From a bacterium (lineage in GTDB: Bacteria; Omnitrophota; Gorgyraeia; Zapsychrales; Zapsychraceae), in contig JAUIER010000004.1 of NCBI GenBank assembly GCA_030429765.1, forward strand, positions 97,131-161,130: a stretch of DNA of 64,000 bases, written 5' to 3'. Below the pieces are notes generated by a model that saw nothing but the letters and a program-made list of their open reading frames with translations, had not been told where the DNA came from and searched no databases. Each line of letters opens with the position of its first letter. Position 1 is the stretch's first letter. The position numbers and the translations under genes are program-made. Positions 9,093 through 19,206 of the stretch are shown piece after piece.

Positions 9093-10055
9093 ATGCCTTC
9101 TGTCTCCCCCGAAAAATTTAATTTAGCCATCCACACCGATCAGCCTCTGCGTGACTTTACGACGTTCAAGCTGGGCGGACTGCCGAAATTTTTAGTTCAC
9201 TGTCAGACAACAGATGAACTCCAACGGACCGTGACGTTCACCCATTCCAATCATGAGAAATTCATCTTGATAGGCGGCGGCTCTAATCTGGTGATCAGTG
9301 ATGCGGGGATCAACTGCGGCGTGATCCGGTATGTCTCTGAGCAACCAATCATCAAACCTCTATCCGATCATCAATTCAGGGTGTCGGCCTCGACAATACT
9401 GGATGATTTCGTACTGTATGCGGCCCAACGGGGTTTTCACGGAATTAACTATGCCAGCGGTATCCCGGGAACCATCGGCGGTGCGATCGTGGGGAATGCC
9501 GGCGCCTTTGGTCAGCAGATTGCGGAATGCCTCGTCGCCGTTGTGCTGGTCAACCCTCAAGGAGTGGCCATTGAAATTCCGGCTGCCGAGATCGAGTTCA
9601 GCTACCGGCACTCAAGCCTGAAAGACAGTCCGGATATTGTCGCCGAGGCGATCATCCAACTTGCGCCTGGTTCCACGGAATCTCTGTTAAACGAGCGCGA
9701 AGAAATACTGGCGATCCGCCGCGAGAAACATCCCGACCTCAAACGTCACCCCTGCGCCGGCAGTTTTTTCCGGAACATCGAACCCACCTCCAAGGCCGGA
9801 CGCCGACAGGCCACAGGATGGTTTCTGGAACAGGCAGGCGGCAAAGATTTAAGATCGGGTGGCGCATATATCTACCCCAAGCATGCCAATATCATCACAC
9901 GGGATGACAATGGCACGGCGCAGGACGTCTTTGACCTGTCGCAAAAGATGGCCCAGCTCGCCAAAGAGAGATTTAATCTGGACTTGGTCCGCGAAGTGCG
10001 TTTTGTCGGCAACCTCGACGGTAAACCCGATCACATTTCGGCCGTGATTTGGTAA
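9093..10055 (+). CDS. murB: UDP-N-acetylenolpyruvoylglucosamine reductase
   Basis: 320 aa, DFTTFKLGGLPKFLVHCQT...ILIGGGSNLVISDAG...GIPGTIGGAIVGNAGAFG, MurB FAD-binding pattern. Confidence 0.85.
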   Translation: MPSVSPEKFNLAIHTDQPLRDFTTFKLGGLPKFLVHCQTTDELQRTVTFTHSNHEKFILIGGGSNLVISDAGINCGVIRYVSEQPIIKPLSDHQFRVSASTILDDFVLYAAQRGFHGINYASGIPGTIGGAIVGNAGAFGQQIAECLVAVVLVNPQGVAIEIPAAEIEFSYRHSSLKDSPDIVAEAIIQLAPGSTESLLNEREEILAIRREKHPDLKRHPCAGSFFRNIEPTSKAGRRQATGWFLEQAGGKDLRSGGAYIYPKHANIITRDDNGTAQDVFDLSQKMAQLAKERFNLDLVREVRFVGNLDGKPDHISAVIW

Positions 10056-10096
10056 AAAAAAAGCGCGCCGGCCTGGTATGGTTCGACGCGCTTTTG
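10054..10096. terminator. bidirectional Rho-independent terminator between convergent murB and coiled-coil gene
   Basis: A9 run, stem AAGCGCG...CGCGCTT (GC-rich), then TTTT; works as hairpin+U-run on both strands. Confidence 0.4.
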
Positions 10097-10112
10097 ACAA
10101 ATACGTCCGATC

Positions 10113-11069
10113 CTAGTTATTGACCCGCTCCTCCAACAACATCCGCTGGGTGTCATAGAAATCATCCTGCATCCGCAGAAATTCCGAGCGCTCTTCCTCC
10201 AACGCCTGGATCAACGATCTTTCTTCTTGGTTATGAAATTCGATGGCCTTACGTAGTTCCTGCAACTTGGCCTTACGACGGTTGTAGATATTCAGGAAGG
10301 CATCGTATGACTCTTTTTCTTTTTGATACAGCATCTTGCGTTTCATTTCCAGCGCGCCATGCTTCTGGTTCAATTTCGCCAGCTCTTCCTCCATGCGGCG
10401 TTTTTCCGCTTCATATTTGGCACGGGCGGCATCACGTTCTTTCTGCAGCCGCATGCGCTCTTCCGAAAACTCCTGATTGGCCCGATCACGTTCCTGCTGA
10501 AACTGAATTCGGGCTTGTGCCTGCTCATCCATAAATTGCCGTCGCTCTTCGTCCATCTGTGTTTTGACAGCCTGCCGTTCTTTCGCTAACTCCTGCTCTA
10601 GCTGACTTCGCTCCACTGAAAATTGGTTGCGTAATTCGCTTTGTTCAGCCATCAGGCGCTGACGTTCATCTTCCATGCTGGCCCTAAGCTCTCGTTCTTC
10701 GTCCGCCAGGCGCTCCTTGATGGATTTGACCTGAGCTTCATATTCTGACTGCAACTGCGCATTCTTTTGCTGCTGGTCGTTGACGCGCCGGGTCCATTCC
10801 CGGTTCTCGGCCTTGAGCTTGCGGAAATCCTCGCGAAGTTTATTGTTCTCAAGATAAAGCTCACGGTTAAGCTCGCGCGCGCTGCGATAGTTGCGTCGAA
10901 GCCTGGCGTTGTCTTCCAGGACCTGATCCTCCAGAATGGCCTGAGCCCCGCGGTATTCGCGTATTTGTTTTTGGTAAATGGATTGGTCGGCGTGCGCCTG
11001 GCTGATAAAAAATGGAACAGCCAGACAGACCAAAGTGGTGAACAATGACATTCGACAGAGCTGATTCAT
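10113..11069 (-). CDS. secreted coiled-coil protein rich in E/R/Q/K repeats, function unknown
   Basis: Start at internal ATG (codon 31): MNQLCRMSLFTTLVCLAVPFFISQAHA signal peptide, then ~290 aa of heptad-like EER/ERQ repeats (ELRASMEDERQRLMAEQSELRNQF...). Confidence 0.5.
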   Translation of the reverse strand: MNQLCRMSLFTTLVCLAVPFFISQAHADQSIYQKQIREYRGAQAILEDQVLEDNARLRRNYRSARELNRELYLENNKLREDFRKLKAENREWTRRVNDQQQKNAQLQSEYEAQVKSIKERLADEERELRASMEDERQRLMAEQSELRNQFSVERSQLEQELAKERQAVKTQMDEERRQFMDEQAQARIQFQQERDRANQEFSEERMRLQKERDAARAKYEAEKRRMEEELAKLNQKHGALEMKRKMLYQKEKESYDAFLNIYNRRKAKLQELRKAIEFHNQEERSLIQALEEERSEFLRMQDDFYDTQRMLLEERVNN

Positions 11070-11207
11070 AGCGAGATCCTTTCCCAAAGGTGTTATTGAT
11101 TCTAGTACTATATCACAATTCGACTGATCCAGCAAAAAGTTAATTTTTCTGTAAAACAATGTATTTCTTATACTTACATCACTCTAAATATCCGATCCCC
11201 CGAGAAA

Positions 11208-12221
11208 CTATCCACCGATCTGGAACATTTCCATTTTATCATCTTCCTGTGAGGTTGACTTAGATCGCCGTTCCTGCGAATAACGATCGCGCCGTCGGGA
11301 CCAAATGCCGGCGATTCGCGCCTTCAACTCGCCGTCAGGAATACTGTCACTTAAGAATTCTCGGATGCTATGACCATCACTGGCAAATAGGCATGTCACC
11401 ACCCGTCCGTCGGCCGTTAACCGCACACGGGTGCATGAATCACAAAACGGTTGACTGATCGATGAGATAAATCCAATCTCGGCACTGCCGTCTAGCAAAG
11501 TGTAGCGCTTGGCCACTTCTCCAAAGTAATTCTCATCAACCGCCCTCAACGGATAAACTTGCGACACACGCCGCAAGAGTTCTTTGGATGGCACCACATA
11601 GTCGCTCTGCCAGTGATTACACGTGCCGACATCCATATACTCGATAAACCGGACGATGTGCCCCGAACCGCGAAAATGCTCGATCAAATCAATCACCTGA
11701 TGATCATTGACGCCACGCTGAACCACAACATTTATCTTGAGGTTCGAGAAGCCCGCTAATTCCGCGGCTTTAATGCCATCGAGCACCTGTCGAGAAGTTC
11801 CGCGATGTCCGCTCATCGACCGAAACACGCGGGCATCCAGCGCATCCAGACTCACCGTCAATCTCTTGAGCCCGGCGGCAAACAGATCCCCAGCATAATC
11901 CGACAATAACGCCCCATTTGTCGTTAAGGCCAGATCCTCGACATACGGCTGCGCCGATAACTCCTGGATCAGGCCCGGCAATCCCGGCCGCAGCAACGGT
12001 TCTCCGCCGGTGATACGGTATTTGCGAACTCCTAGCTCCCCAAAGATTCGACTGACTCTCAGAATCTGCTCAAAGCTCATCCATTGATCATTTTTCATGA
12101 ACGAATACGACTGACCTTCCCCCTCGGGCATACAGTAGCTGCAACGAAAATTACATCGGTCGATGACTGAAATTCGCAAGTCATGAATGGGACGATTTAA
12201 TTGATCGACGGTACGCGTCAC
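11208..12221 (-). CDS. moaA: GTP 3',8-cyclase (molybdenum cofactor biosynthesis radical SAM enzyme)
   Basis: 337 aa, LRISVIDRCNFRCSYCMPEG...ITGGEPLLRPGL...CDSCTRVRLTADG, N- and C-terminal cluster motifs of MoaA; 4-nt overlap with sufU. Confidence 0.9.
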   Translation of the reverse strand: MTRTVDQLNRPIHDLRISVIDRCNFRCSYCMPEGEGQSYSFMKNDQWMSFEQILRVSRIFGELGVRKYRITGGEPLLRPGLPGLIQELSAQPYVEDLALTTNGALLSDYAGDLFAAGLKRLTVSLDALDARVFRSMSGHRGTSRQVLDGIKAAELAGFSNLKINVVVQRGVNDHQVIDLIEHFRGSGHIVRFIEYMDVGTCNHWQSDYVVPSKELLRRVSQVYPLRAVDENYFGEVAKRYTLLDGSAEIGFISSISQPFCDSCTRVRLTADGRVVTCLFASDGHSIREFLSDSIPDGELKARIAGIWSRRRDRYSQERRSKSTSQEDDKMEMFQIGG

Positions 12222-12688
12222 GCCGAGTTCTCCGTACTGGTTATCGTTGATTGATTATTGATCGCATTGGCTGCTGTCTTCCATGGCAGCGTAGCGCAAT
12301 GCACACGTGACGGGTACTCCCGTATTCCAGCAAAGATTCTGAGTGCGTCAGGGATACGGACGTCTGACAATCTGACCTTTGGATCAACCAGTTTAAGAAA
12401 CGATTGCAGAACGTCATCAAAGACCTCAACGGACTGTTCTTTGAGCGCCTCGGTCATCAACGACGCCGACGCCTTACACACCGCGCAGCAGTCTCCGTCA
12501 AAGTGGAAACTCCTGATCGTATTGTCCGTGATCAATAAATAAAGATGTATGTGATCGCCGCAGATTGGATTGTAACCTTCGGCATGATGTGACGCATTCT
12601 CGAGCGGACCAAAATTCTTCGGCGCCCGGCTGTGTTCGATAATTGTCTGCTGATACAACTGCGTGTCCGGATCTGGCATGACGTTCAC
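12218..12688 (-). CDS. sufU: SUF-type Fe-S cluster assembly scaffold SufU (NifU/IscU-like)
   Basis: 156 aa with NPICGD, GDCCAVCKASAS and HCATLPW Cys motifs of SufU, no LPPVK motif. Confidence 0.75.
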   Translation of the reverse strand: MNVMPDPDTQLYQQTIIEHSRAPKNFGPLENASHHAEGYNPICGDHIHLYLLITDNTIRSFHFDGDCCAVCKASASLMTEALKEQSVEVFDDVLQSFLKLVDPKVRLSDVRIPDALRIFAGIREYPSRVHCATLPWKTAANAINNQSTITSTENSA

Positions 12689-13920
12689 CGGAAGAGTTCA
12701 ATGGATTTCTGCACCGCCCGCACAAATCGATCGACGTCGTCTCTCGTGTTGTAGATCGAAAAGGACGCCCGTGACGTCGCGCTGATCCCAAAATGGTCCA
12801 TGACCGGCTGGGTGCAATGATGCCCTGTCCGAATCGCCACACCTTCCTCATCGACGAGGGTTCCCATGTCATGGGCGTGCACATCTTCGTGAATAAATGA
12901 CAAAATCGCCGTTTTGGATTGGGCCGTCCCGATGATACGGATTCCGTCGATCTTGGATAGTTCAGCGGTGGCATAGGCCAATACATCGGCCCGATGCGCG
13001 TGCGTATTGGCCAATCCCAAATCCTGCACATACTGTACCGCCCGACCCAAACCGATAAAACCGGCGATGTTAGGCGTACCGGCCTCAAATTTGTAGGGCA
13101 GCGTGTTATAAACAGTCTTGTCAAAAGTGACGGACCGGATCATATCACCCCCGCCCCGGTAGGGCGGCATCTCGTTAAGCCATTTGGCCTTTCCGTACAG
13201 CACACCGGTGCCCGTCGGACCAAATAACTTGTGCCCCGAAAAGGCCAGGAAATCACAATTCAGCTTCTGAACATCGATCGGGAAATAACTGACCGCCTGC
13301 GCGGCATCCAACAAAACCGGCACTTGCCTGGCATGAGCGAGCTCTATGATTTTCTCGACAGGATTGATCGTCCCCAAAGAATTCGACACATAGACGACCG
13401 AGACCAGTCGAGTCCGCTCATTGAGCAGCTTCTGAAAAGTCTCCAGACACAGCTCACCTCGATCATTGAACGGGACGACCTTAAGAACACATCCGCGCTC
13501 TTCGCATAACATCTGCCACGGGACAATGTTGGAGTGATGCTCCATCTCCGTGATCAGGATCTCGTCGCCTTCCTCCACAAACCGTCGGCCATAGCACTGA
13601 GCCACAAGATTAATCGCGTCAGTGGTCCCGCTGGTGAAGATAATCTCCTCCAGCGCCGGTGCGTTGATAAATGACTGGATACGCTCCCTCGCCCCTTCAT
13701 AGGCCGACGTCGCGCGCTCACTAAGCGTGTGGACACCGCGGTGCACATTGGCGGTTTCCGCTGAATAATGATGGCAAACCGCGTCGATGACACACTGAGG
13801 CTTTAATGTCGTCGCGCCATTGTCCAGATAGACCAATGGATGACCGTTTATCTCGACGGCGAGGTTCGGAAAATCACTCCGAACCTTGTCGATATCAAAC
13901 TGTACGGTTGATGAACTCAT
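12685..13920 (-). CDS. sufS: cysteine desulfurase SufS (class II aminotransferase)
   Basis: 411 aa, YLDNGATTLKP...SGHKLFGPTGTGVLYGK (PLP Lys)...RTGHHCTQP active-site Cys loop. Confidence 0.9.
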   Translation of the reverse strand: MSSSTVQFDIDKVRSDFPNLAVEINGHPLVYLDNGATTLKPQCVIDAVCHHYSAETANVHRGVHTLSERATSAYEGARERIQSFINAPALEEIIFTSGTTDAINLVAQCYGRRFVEEGDEILITEMEHHSNIVPWQMLCEERGCVLKVVPFNDRGELCLETFQKLLNERTRLVSVVYVSNSLGTINPVEKIIELAHARQVPVLLDAAQAVSYFPIDVQKLNCDFLAFSGHKLFGPTGTGVLYGKAKWLNEMPPYRGGGDMIRSVTFDKTVYNTLPYKFEAGTPNIAGFIGLGRAVQYVQDLGLANTHAHRADVLAYATAELSKIDGIRIIGTAQSKTAILSFIHEDVHAHDMGTLVDEEGVAIRTGHHCTQPVMDHFGISATSRASFSIYNTRDDVDRFVRAVQKSIELFR

Positions 13921-15239
13921 TATAGTTGAGCAAATGATGGTTCGAGCAGGATATGAAGCTTGCGGTTAATCTCTTCATCCTGAATGGTGTTGAGCAAATC
14001 ATCAACAAACCCGCGGGCAAGCATCTTCTTCGCCGCCACTTTACCGATGCAGCGGGTTTGCAGATAGAATAATTCATCATCATTCAGCTGACCAATCGTC
14101 GCACCGTGGGTGCATCGCACATCATCGGCAAAGATCTCCAGCTGCGGTTTGGTATCCACCCGGCAATCCGTCCCCAGCAGCAAATTTTTGTTCAGCTGAT
14201 AAGAATTGGTTTGCTGGGCGATAGGTTTCACAAATATCTTGCCATTGAAAACCGCCCGAGCGGACTGGTTCAAAATCCCCTTGTACAGCTGATTGCTGAT
14301 ACAGTTCGGAAATCGATGATCGACGGCTGTGTGATTGTCGACATGCTGATGACCATAAAGGCAGTACAAACCGTTTAGCGTCGAGTTGATCCCTTCGCCG
14401 TTCAGGACAATATCCAGATTGTTCCGGTTCAGACGGCTTCCGGTCTGGACCGAAATGCTGTCGAGGTTGGAATTTTGTTCCTGCCACACGCGCGTATTGT
14501 TAATGTGATAGGCCTTGAGACTTTCATGCTGAGCCTTGGTATAGTGAAGCGTCGCGTTTTCCGCCAGATAAATGTCAGTCAACGCGTTTGTAAAGTAGGT
14601 GATATCATCCTTAAAACTGATATGTGATTCCAGCACCGTCGCTTCGCAGGACTTACCCGCCATGATGACGGATCGAGGAAAACTCAGGGCCTCCGCGGCT
14701 GATGCACTGGTGACATGTACAATGTGAATACATTCTTTGGTTGTCGTGTTGGCATCAATCCCAATAAAAACGCCATCGTCGGTCAAGGCACTGTTGAGGG
14801 CCACAAATGTGGTGGATTCTCCCACATCATACCGGCTGATTAAATCCTGCACCCGAGATGTATTTGACTTCAACGCCTCTTTTAACGACGTGATCGTAAT
14901 TCCCGACGGAATTTTGTTCAATCTAGACAGACTGGCCGAAAAATTTCCGTTCACGAACACATAGAGGATATCGTCCGGACCGCAGTAATTCTCAAACGAC
15001 TGACTTTCCGCCAAGTCCGCCTCCGTTGACGCGGAGAACGTCTGACTGATAATGTCGTTTAGTTTGGTGTACTTCCACTCTTCGTCTTTATTGGTCGGAA
15101 CACCGATCTCTGTAAAACGGGACAGACTTTTTTGTCTCAAATCCTTGATCCATTGCACGGACTCACCCTGAACCCGTTGCTTGGCCAATTCATTAAAATT
15201 CTTGATAAACGATTGCGTTTTGATTGCTGTTTCACTCAT
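13920..15239 (-). CDS. sufD: Fe-S cluster assembly protein SufD
   Basis: 439 aa beta-helix SufB/D family protein between sufC and sufS. Confidence 0.8.
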   Translation of the reverse strand: MSETAIKTQSFIKNFNELAKQRVQGESVQWIKDLRQKSLSRFTEIGVPTNKDEEWKYTKLNDIISQTFSASTEADLAESQSFENYCGPDDILYVFVNGNFSASLSRLNKIPSGITITSLKEALKSNTSRVQDLISRYDVGESTTFVALNSALTDDGVFIGIDANTTTKECIHIVHVTSASAAEALSFPRSVIMAGKSCEATVLESHISFKDDITYFTNALTDIYLAENATLHYTKAQHESLKAYHINNTRVWQEQNSNLDSISVQTGSRLNRNNLDIVLNGEGINSTLNGLYCLYGHQHVDNHTAVDHRFPNCISNQLYKGILNQSARAVFNGKIFVKPIAQQTNSYQLNKNLLLGTDCRVDTKPQLEIFADDVRCTHGATIGQLNDDELFYLQTRCIGKVAAKKMLARGFVDDLLNTIQDEEINRKLHILLEPSFAQL

Positions 15240-15281
15240 ATATCTTCCATCCTTGTCTTTTGCGCTGATATTGTCTCCGAC

Positions 15282-16040
15282 CTATTTGATCAACCAATCG
15301 TAGCCCTTTTCCTCAACCGCCAAAGCCAGCTCCTTACCCTCTGATTTGATGATCTTCCCGTTGTAAAGGATATGGACAAAGTCAGGAACAATGTAATTGA
15401 GCAGACGCTGGTAATGAGTAATCACTAACGTGGCGTTGTCCTTTCGCTTGAGTTTATTTACACCGTCGGCCACAATCTTCATCGAATCAATATCCAACCC
15501 GGAATCAGTTTCATCCAATACGGCAAAGCGCGGATTCAAAATTGCCATTTGAAGGATCTCATTACGCTTTTTCTCTCCACCAGAAAAATCCACATTCAAT
15601 GGACGCTGAGTGAACTTGTCATCCATTTCCAATAGCTTGAGCTTTTGCTCCAGGTATTCATTAAAAGCCACGGGATCCAACTCTTCAGCGCCTTGATGAC
15701 GGCAGACCTCATTGAATGCCGCCCGAAGAAATACGCTTGTGTTGACCCCCGGGATCTCGACGGGATACTGGAACGCCAAAAAGATGCCTTCTCTCGCCCG
15801 CTCTTCCGGTTCGAGGTCGAGGATATTGATCTTCTTGAAGTTGACCTCATAAATGATTTCACCCTCAGTGACTTCGTACTCCGGATGACCTGAAATAATC
15901 TTGGCCAATGTGCTTTTACCGGAACCGTTCGGCCCCATAATGGCGTGCACTTCACCCGGATTGATCGTTAGATCGATTCCCTTTAATATCTCCGTCCCAT
16001 CCGCCTCGACTTTGGCGTGCAAATTCTTAATCTCAATCAT
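15282..16040 (-). CDS. sufC: Fe-S cluster assembly ATPase SufC
   Basis: Start at ATG codon 6 (track ORF begins at an alternative TTG); MIEIKNLHAKV...GPNGSGKSTL Walker A, ABC signature; GAAGGAG SD 7 nt upstream. Confidence 0.9.
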   Translation of the reverse strand: MIEIKNLHAKVEADGTEILKGIDLTINPGEVHAIMGPNGSGKSTLAKIISGHPEYEVTEGEIIYEVNFKKINILDLEPEERAREGIFLAFQYPVEIPGVNTSVFLRAAFNEVCRHQGAEELDPVAFNEYLEQKLKLLEMDDKFTQRPLNVDFSGGEKKRNEILQMAILNPRFAVLDETDSGLDIDSMKIVADGVNKLKRKDNATLVITHYQRLLNYIVPDFVHILYNGKIIKSEGKELALAVEEKGYDWLIK

Positions 16041-16093
16041 TGTATACTCCTTCAAATGGTTTGATCTTTATTTTCCAGACTGGAATATGCGAT

Positions 16094-17569
16094 CTATCCG
16101 ACGCTGCCTTCCAGTTTCATTTCCAATAACTTAACGGCCTCGACCGCAAATTCAAGCGGAAGCTCTTTGAATACTTCCTTACAAAATCCGTTAATGATCA
16201 GCGATATCGCCGCCTCCATATCCAACCCTCGACTGGTCAGATAGAACAACTGTTCGGCATTGATCTTGGATGTCGACGCCTCATGCTCCATCGTGGCTGA
16301 ATTATTGTTGATCTCTATGTAGGGAAACGTGTTGGCTGAACACTTGTTACCGACCAGCATCGAATCACATTGAGAATAGTTCCGCGCGTTGTCCGCCGAC
16401 GGCTGGACCTTGACAAGCCCACGGTACGTGTTATTCGATTCATCGGTTGAAATCCCTTTGGATACAATCGTACTCGTTGTATTTTTGCCGATATGAATCA
16501 TCTTGGTGCCCGTATCCGCCTCCATCCGATGATTGGTGAGCGCCACGGAATAAAATTCGCCGATCGATTCATCACCCTTGAGGATGACACTCGGGTACTT
16601 CCATGTGATAGCCGACCCGGCTTCAACCTGCGTCCATGAAATCTTTGACCGGCGGCCGCGGCAATTTCCGCGTTTGGTAACGAAGTTGTAAATCCCGCCT
16701 TTTCCTTCCTTGTCACCGGAGTACCAATTCTGCACCGTCGAATACTTGATCTCAGCGTTATCCAATGCCACCAGCTCGACCACCGCTGCATGCAGCTGAT
16801 TTTCATCCCGCATCGGGGCCGTACACCCTTCGAGGTAGCTCACATAGCTCCCTTCTTCGGCGACAATCAGGGTCCGCTCAAACTGACCGGTCCCGGCTGA
16901 ATTGATCCGGAAATATGTCGATAATTCCAACGGACAGCGGACCCCTTTGGGAATGTAGCAGAACGAGCCGTCACTAAACACCGCGGAATTCAGCGTCGCG
17001 AAGAAATTATCGGTGTAGGGAACCACCGAGCCGATGTACTTCTTAACCAGCTCCGGGTGATTCTCAATCGCTTCGGTCATTGAACAGAATATAACCCCCA
17101 CCTTCTCCAGTTCAGACTGATGCGTGGTTCCGACAGAAACACTGTCAAACACCGCGTCCACGGCCACCCCGGTCAACCGTTTTTGTTCGCTCAACGGAAT
17201 CCCCAGGCGTTCAAAAGTCTTGATCAACTCCGGATCAACTTCATCCAGACTCTTTGGACCTTCCGACGCGGCTTTCGGCGCCGTGTAGTAACTCAAGGCC
17301 TGATAATCAATCGGACCGTACTTGAAGTTCGGCCATTGTGGCTCTTTCAACGTCAACCAGTGGCGATAGGCCTTCAGCCGCCACTCGCGCATCCAGTCAG
17401 GCTCTTTTTTCTTGTCACAAATCATATTGATGACATCTTCGTTCAAGCCCGCCGGGATCCGGTCGGTCTCGATGTCCGTATAAAATCCGTATTTGTATTC
17501 TCTCGACGATAACGCGTTTTCTTCGATCGTCTTTTCGTTCAGCATTTTATCTTCAACAGCTTTGTTCAT
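16094..17569 (-). CDS. sufB: Fe-S cluster assembly protein SufB
   Basis: 491 aa, strong SufB family match throughout (YGFYTD..., ...[22 protein letters not shown]). Confidence 0.9.
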   Translation of the reverse strand: MNKAVEDKMLNEKTIEENALSSREYKYGFYTDIETDRIPAGLNEDVINMICDKKKEPDWMREWRLKAYRHWLTLKEPQWPNFKYGPIDYQALSYYTAPKAASEGPKSLDEVDPELIKTFERLGIPLSEQKRLTGVAVDAVFDSVSVGTTHQSELEKVGVIFCSMTEAIENHPELVKKYIGSVVPYTDNFFATLNSAVFSDGSFCYIPKGVRCPLELSTYFRINSAGTGQFERTLIVAEEGSYVSYLEGCTAPMRDENQLHAAVVELVALDNAEIKYSTVQNWYSGDKEGKGGIYNFVTKRGNCRGRRSKISWTQVEAGSAITWKYPSVILKGDESIGEFYSVALTNHRMEADTGTKMIHIGKNTTSTIVSKGISTDESNNTYRGLVKVQPSADNARNYSQCDSMLVGNKCSANTFPYIEINNNSATMEHEASTSKINAEQLFYLTSRGLDMEAAISLIINGFCKEVFKELPLEFAVEAVKLLEMKLEGSVG

Positions 17570-17583
17570 TGGATTGTCCTTGG

Positions 17584-18051
17584 TCAGTTAGAGTTGATTT
17601 CTTCCAGCGATTTCTTGGCTCTAATGTTTTTCTCTTGAGAGTGTTTCGATTTTATCAAATCACCTATCATTATGGAACGGAAAAGTTTATTGAGGTTTTC
17701 ATTGAGATTCAGCATCGGCGAAATGATATGGCACGTTGATGAAATTTCACAATTCGAATAATCTCCATGAAAACAATTGGCGATCTCAATCGGCCCGATA
17801 ATCATCTTCGACAACTCATGCATCGAGATCGTGTTTAAATCTTTGATGATCTGATACCCGCCCTTGGCCCCTTGCTCCGCCTGCAGGATCTCATTCTGGG
17901 TCATGATCTGCAGGACACGGGATGTCGGATCGAATGGCGTATGGTAAACATCACAGACTTCCTTGGCCGACGTGAGCTGTCCGGGACTCTTCATGCTCAT
18001 ATGCTTGAGGGCAATCAGCGCGTACTCAATTTTCCGGTTTATCTTGAACAT
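17584..18051 (-). CDS. Rrf2 family (IscR/SufR-like) Fe-S-sensing transcriptional regulator
   Basis: Start at ATG codon 12: [19 protein letters not shown] wHTH; [15 protein letters not shown] three-Cys ligand cluster; directly upstream of sufB. Confidence 0.7.
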   Translation of the reverse strand: MFKINRKIEYALIALKHMSMKSPGQLTSAKEVCDVYHTPFDPTSRVLQIMTQNEILQAEQGAKGGYQIIKDLNTISMHELSKMIIGPIEIANCFHGDYSNCEISSTCHIISPMLNLNENLNKLFRSIMIGDLIKSKHSQEKNIRAKKSLEEINSN

Positions 18052-18096
18052 GGTTTGCTCCTCGAAGATCGGCGCCGCCGACAAAATGGCAATCGT

Positions 18097-18450
18097 CTAA
18101 TTTTTCAAATCCACATGCAGTTCGTTGATCTTAGCGGCCAGAATAAAATCATTTTCAGATAACCCGCCGATGGCATGTGTACTCAACACAATTTCCAGAT
18201 TCCGGTAACCGGTCAAATGCAAGTCTGGATGATGATCGTCAGCTTGGGCCACATACCCGATCTTGGTCATAAACTCAATCGCGGCCATAAAGTCACGCGT
18301 CTGATACTTTCGACTGATCAGCTTGCCCGCACCGTCAATGTCCCAACCAGGTGTTTGACGGCTCAGCGTCTCCGCCGCCTCCCGGTCCAAAGGTGAGACG
18401 CCTCCCTCGCAGGGTTGGCATTTTCGTTTGGATAAAGCGGTATCATTCAT
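18097..18450 (-). CDS. pterin-4a-carbinolamine dehydratase (PCD/DCoH, COG2154)
   Basis: 117 aa with ...ADDHHPDLHLTGYRNLEIVLSTHAIGGLSE, the [EDKH]-HHP-x-[LIVM] PCD signature. Confidence 0.75.
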   Translation of the reverse strand: MNDTALSKRKCQPCEGGVSPLDREAAETLSRQTPGWDIDGAGKLISRKYQTRDFMAAIEFMTKIGYVAQADDHHPDLHLTGYRNLEIVLSTHAIGGLSENDFILAAKINELHVDLKN

Positions 18451-18467
18451 ATGTGTTTCCTATTCAA

Positions 18468-19037
18468 TTAGAATACCTCGGCGAGCTCGACGACGATATC
18501 CGGATTATACTGATCTTTTAAGATGTTTTCGATCGCCTTCATCGTCCCCATCGAGGCGCTAGGACAGGATCCGCATGCCCCTTGGTAAAAAACCTTCAGG
18601 ACATTGTTTTCGTAACTCGTCAGCTGGATATCCCCCCCGTCCATCTGTAAGGCGGGACGAACAGTCTGATCCAGAATCGAATTGATCTGATCCATCTCAG
18701 GTGAGGATTTAATCTCGGCTGAAGCCTCGGCCTTGGGCTCTTCGGTCTTGAAGTTCGGATCATGCTGCTCAATATTTGACATGATGGTCGCCTTGATCTT
18801 TTCCTCCAACTCATCCCAATCGGCCTTTCCGTCTTGCGTTACCGTGATGTAATTGTCGTAAAAATAAACTTCCGTGATGAAACTGCTGATATCAAATATG
18901 GCCTTGGCCAGCGGATTATGTTCACAATCGCTTCCCTTTTTGTACGTGAAATTACCTTCGGTCTTGACCGGGACATTCACCACAAACTTTAGCGCGTTCG
19001 GATTGGGCGTGCTTTGAATCATCAATCGGATTTCCAT
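18468..19037 (-). CDS. Nfu-type Fe-S cluster carrier (Nfu_N domain + NifU C-terminal CxxC domain)
   Basis: Start at ATG codon 35: MEIRLMIQSTPNPNALKFVV... and C-terminal GACGSCPSASMGT CxxC motif. Confidence 0.7.
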   Translation of the reverse strand: MEIRLMIQSTPNPNALKFVVNVPVKTEGNFTYKKGSDCEHNPLAKAIFDISSFITEVYFYDNYITVTQDGKADWDELEEKIKATIMSNIEQHDPNFKTEEPKAEASAEIKSSPEMDQINSILDQTVRPALQMDGGDIQLTSYENNVLKVFYQGACGSCPSASMGTMKAIENILKDQYNPDIVVELAEVF

Positions 19038-19206
19038 ATTTGACTCCGTCTTTTGTATCGATTGTTGAACTGATATATACTTCAAAAAAAAACTTATTTG
19101 GTCTTTAATTGTACACGGTTTTGAGGGTAAATCAAGCATTTTTCAGCTGTCCGCCGTCATTCGCCCGACCCGGCATCTGAATCATAAACTACTGAAATAT
19201 ATTGCT

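Noticed and set aside
10307-11048. Forward ORFs opposite the coiled-coil gene
   Set aside because: Mirror images of the repetitive GAA/CGC-rich codons of the coiled-coil protein.
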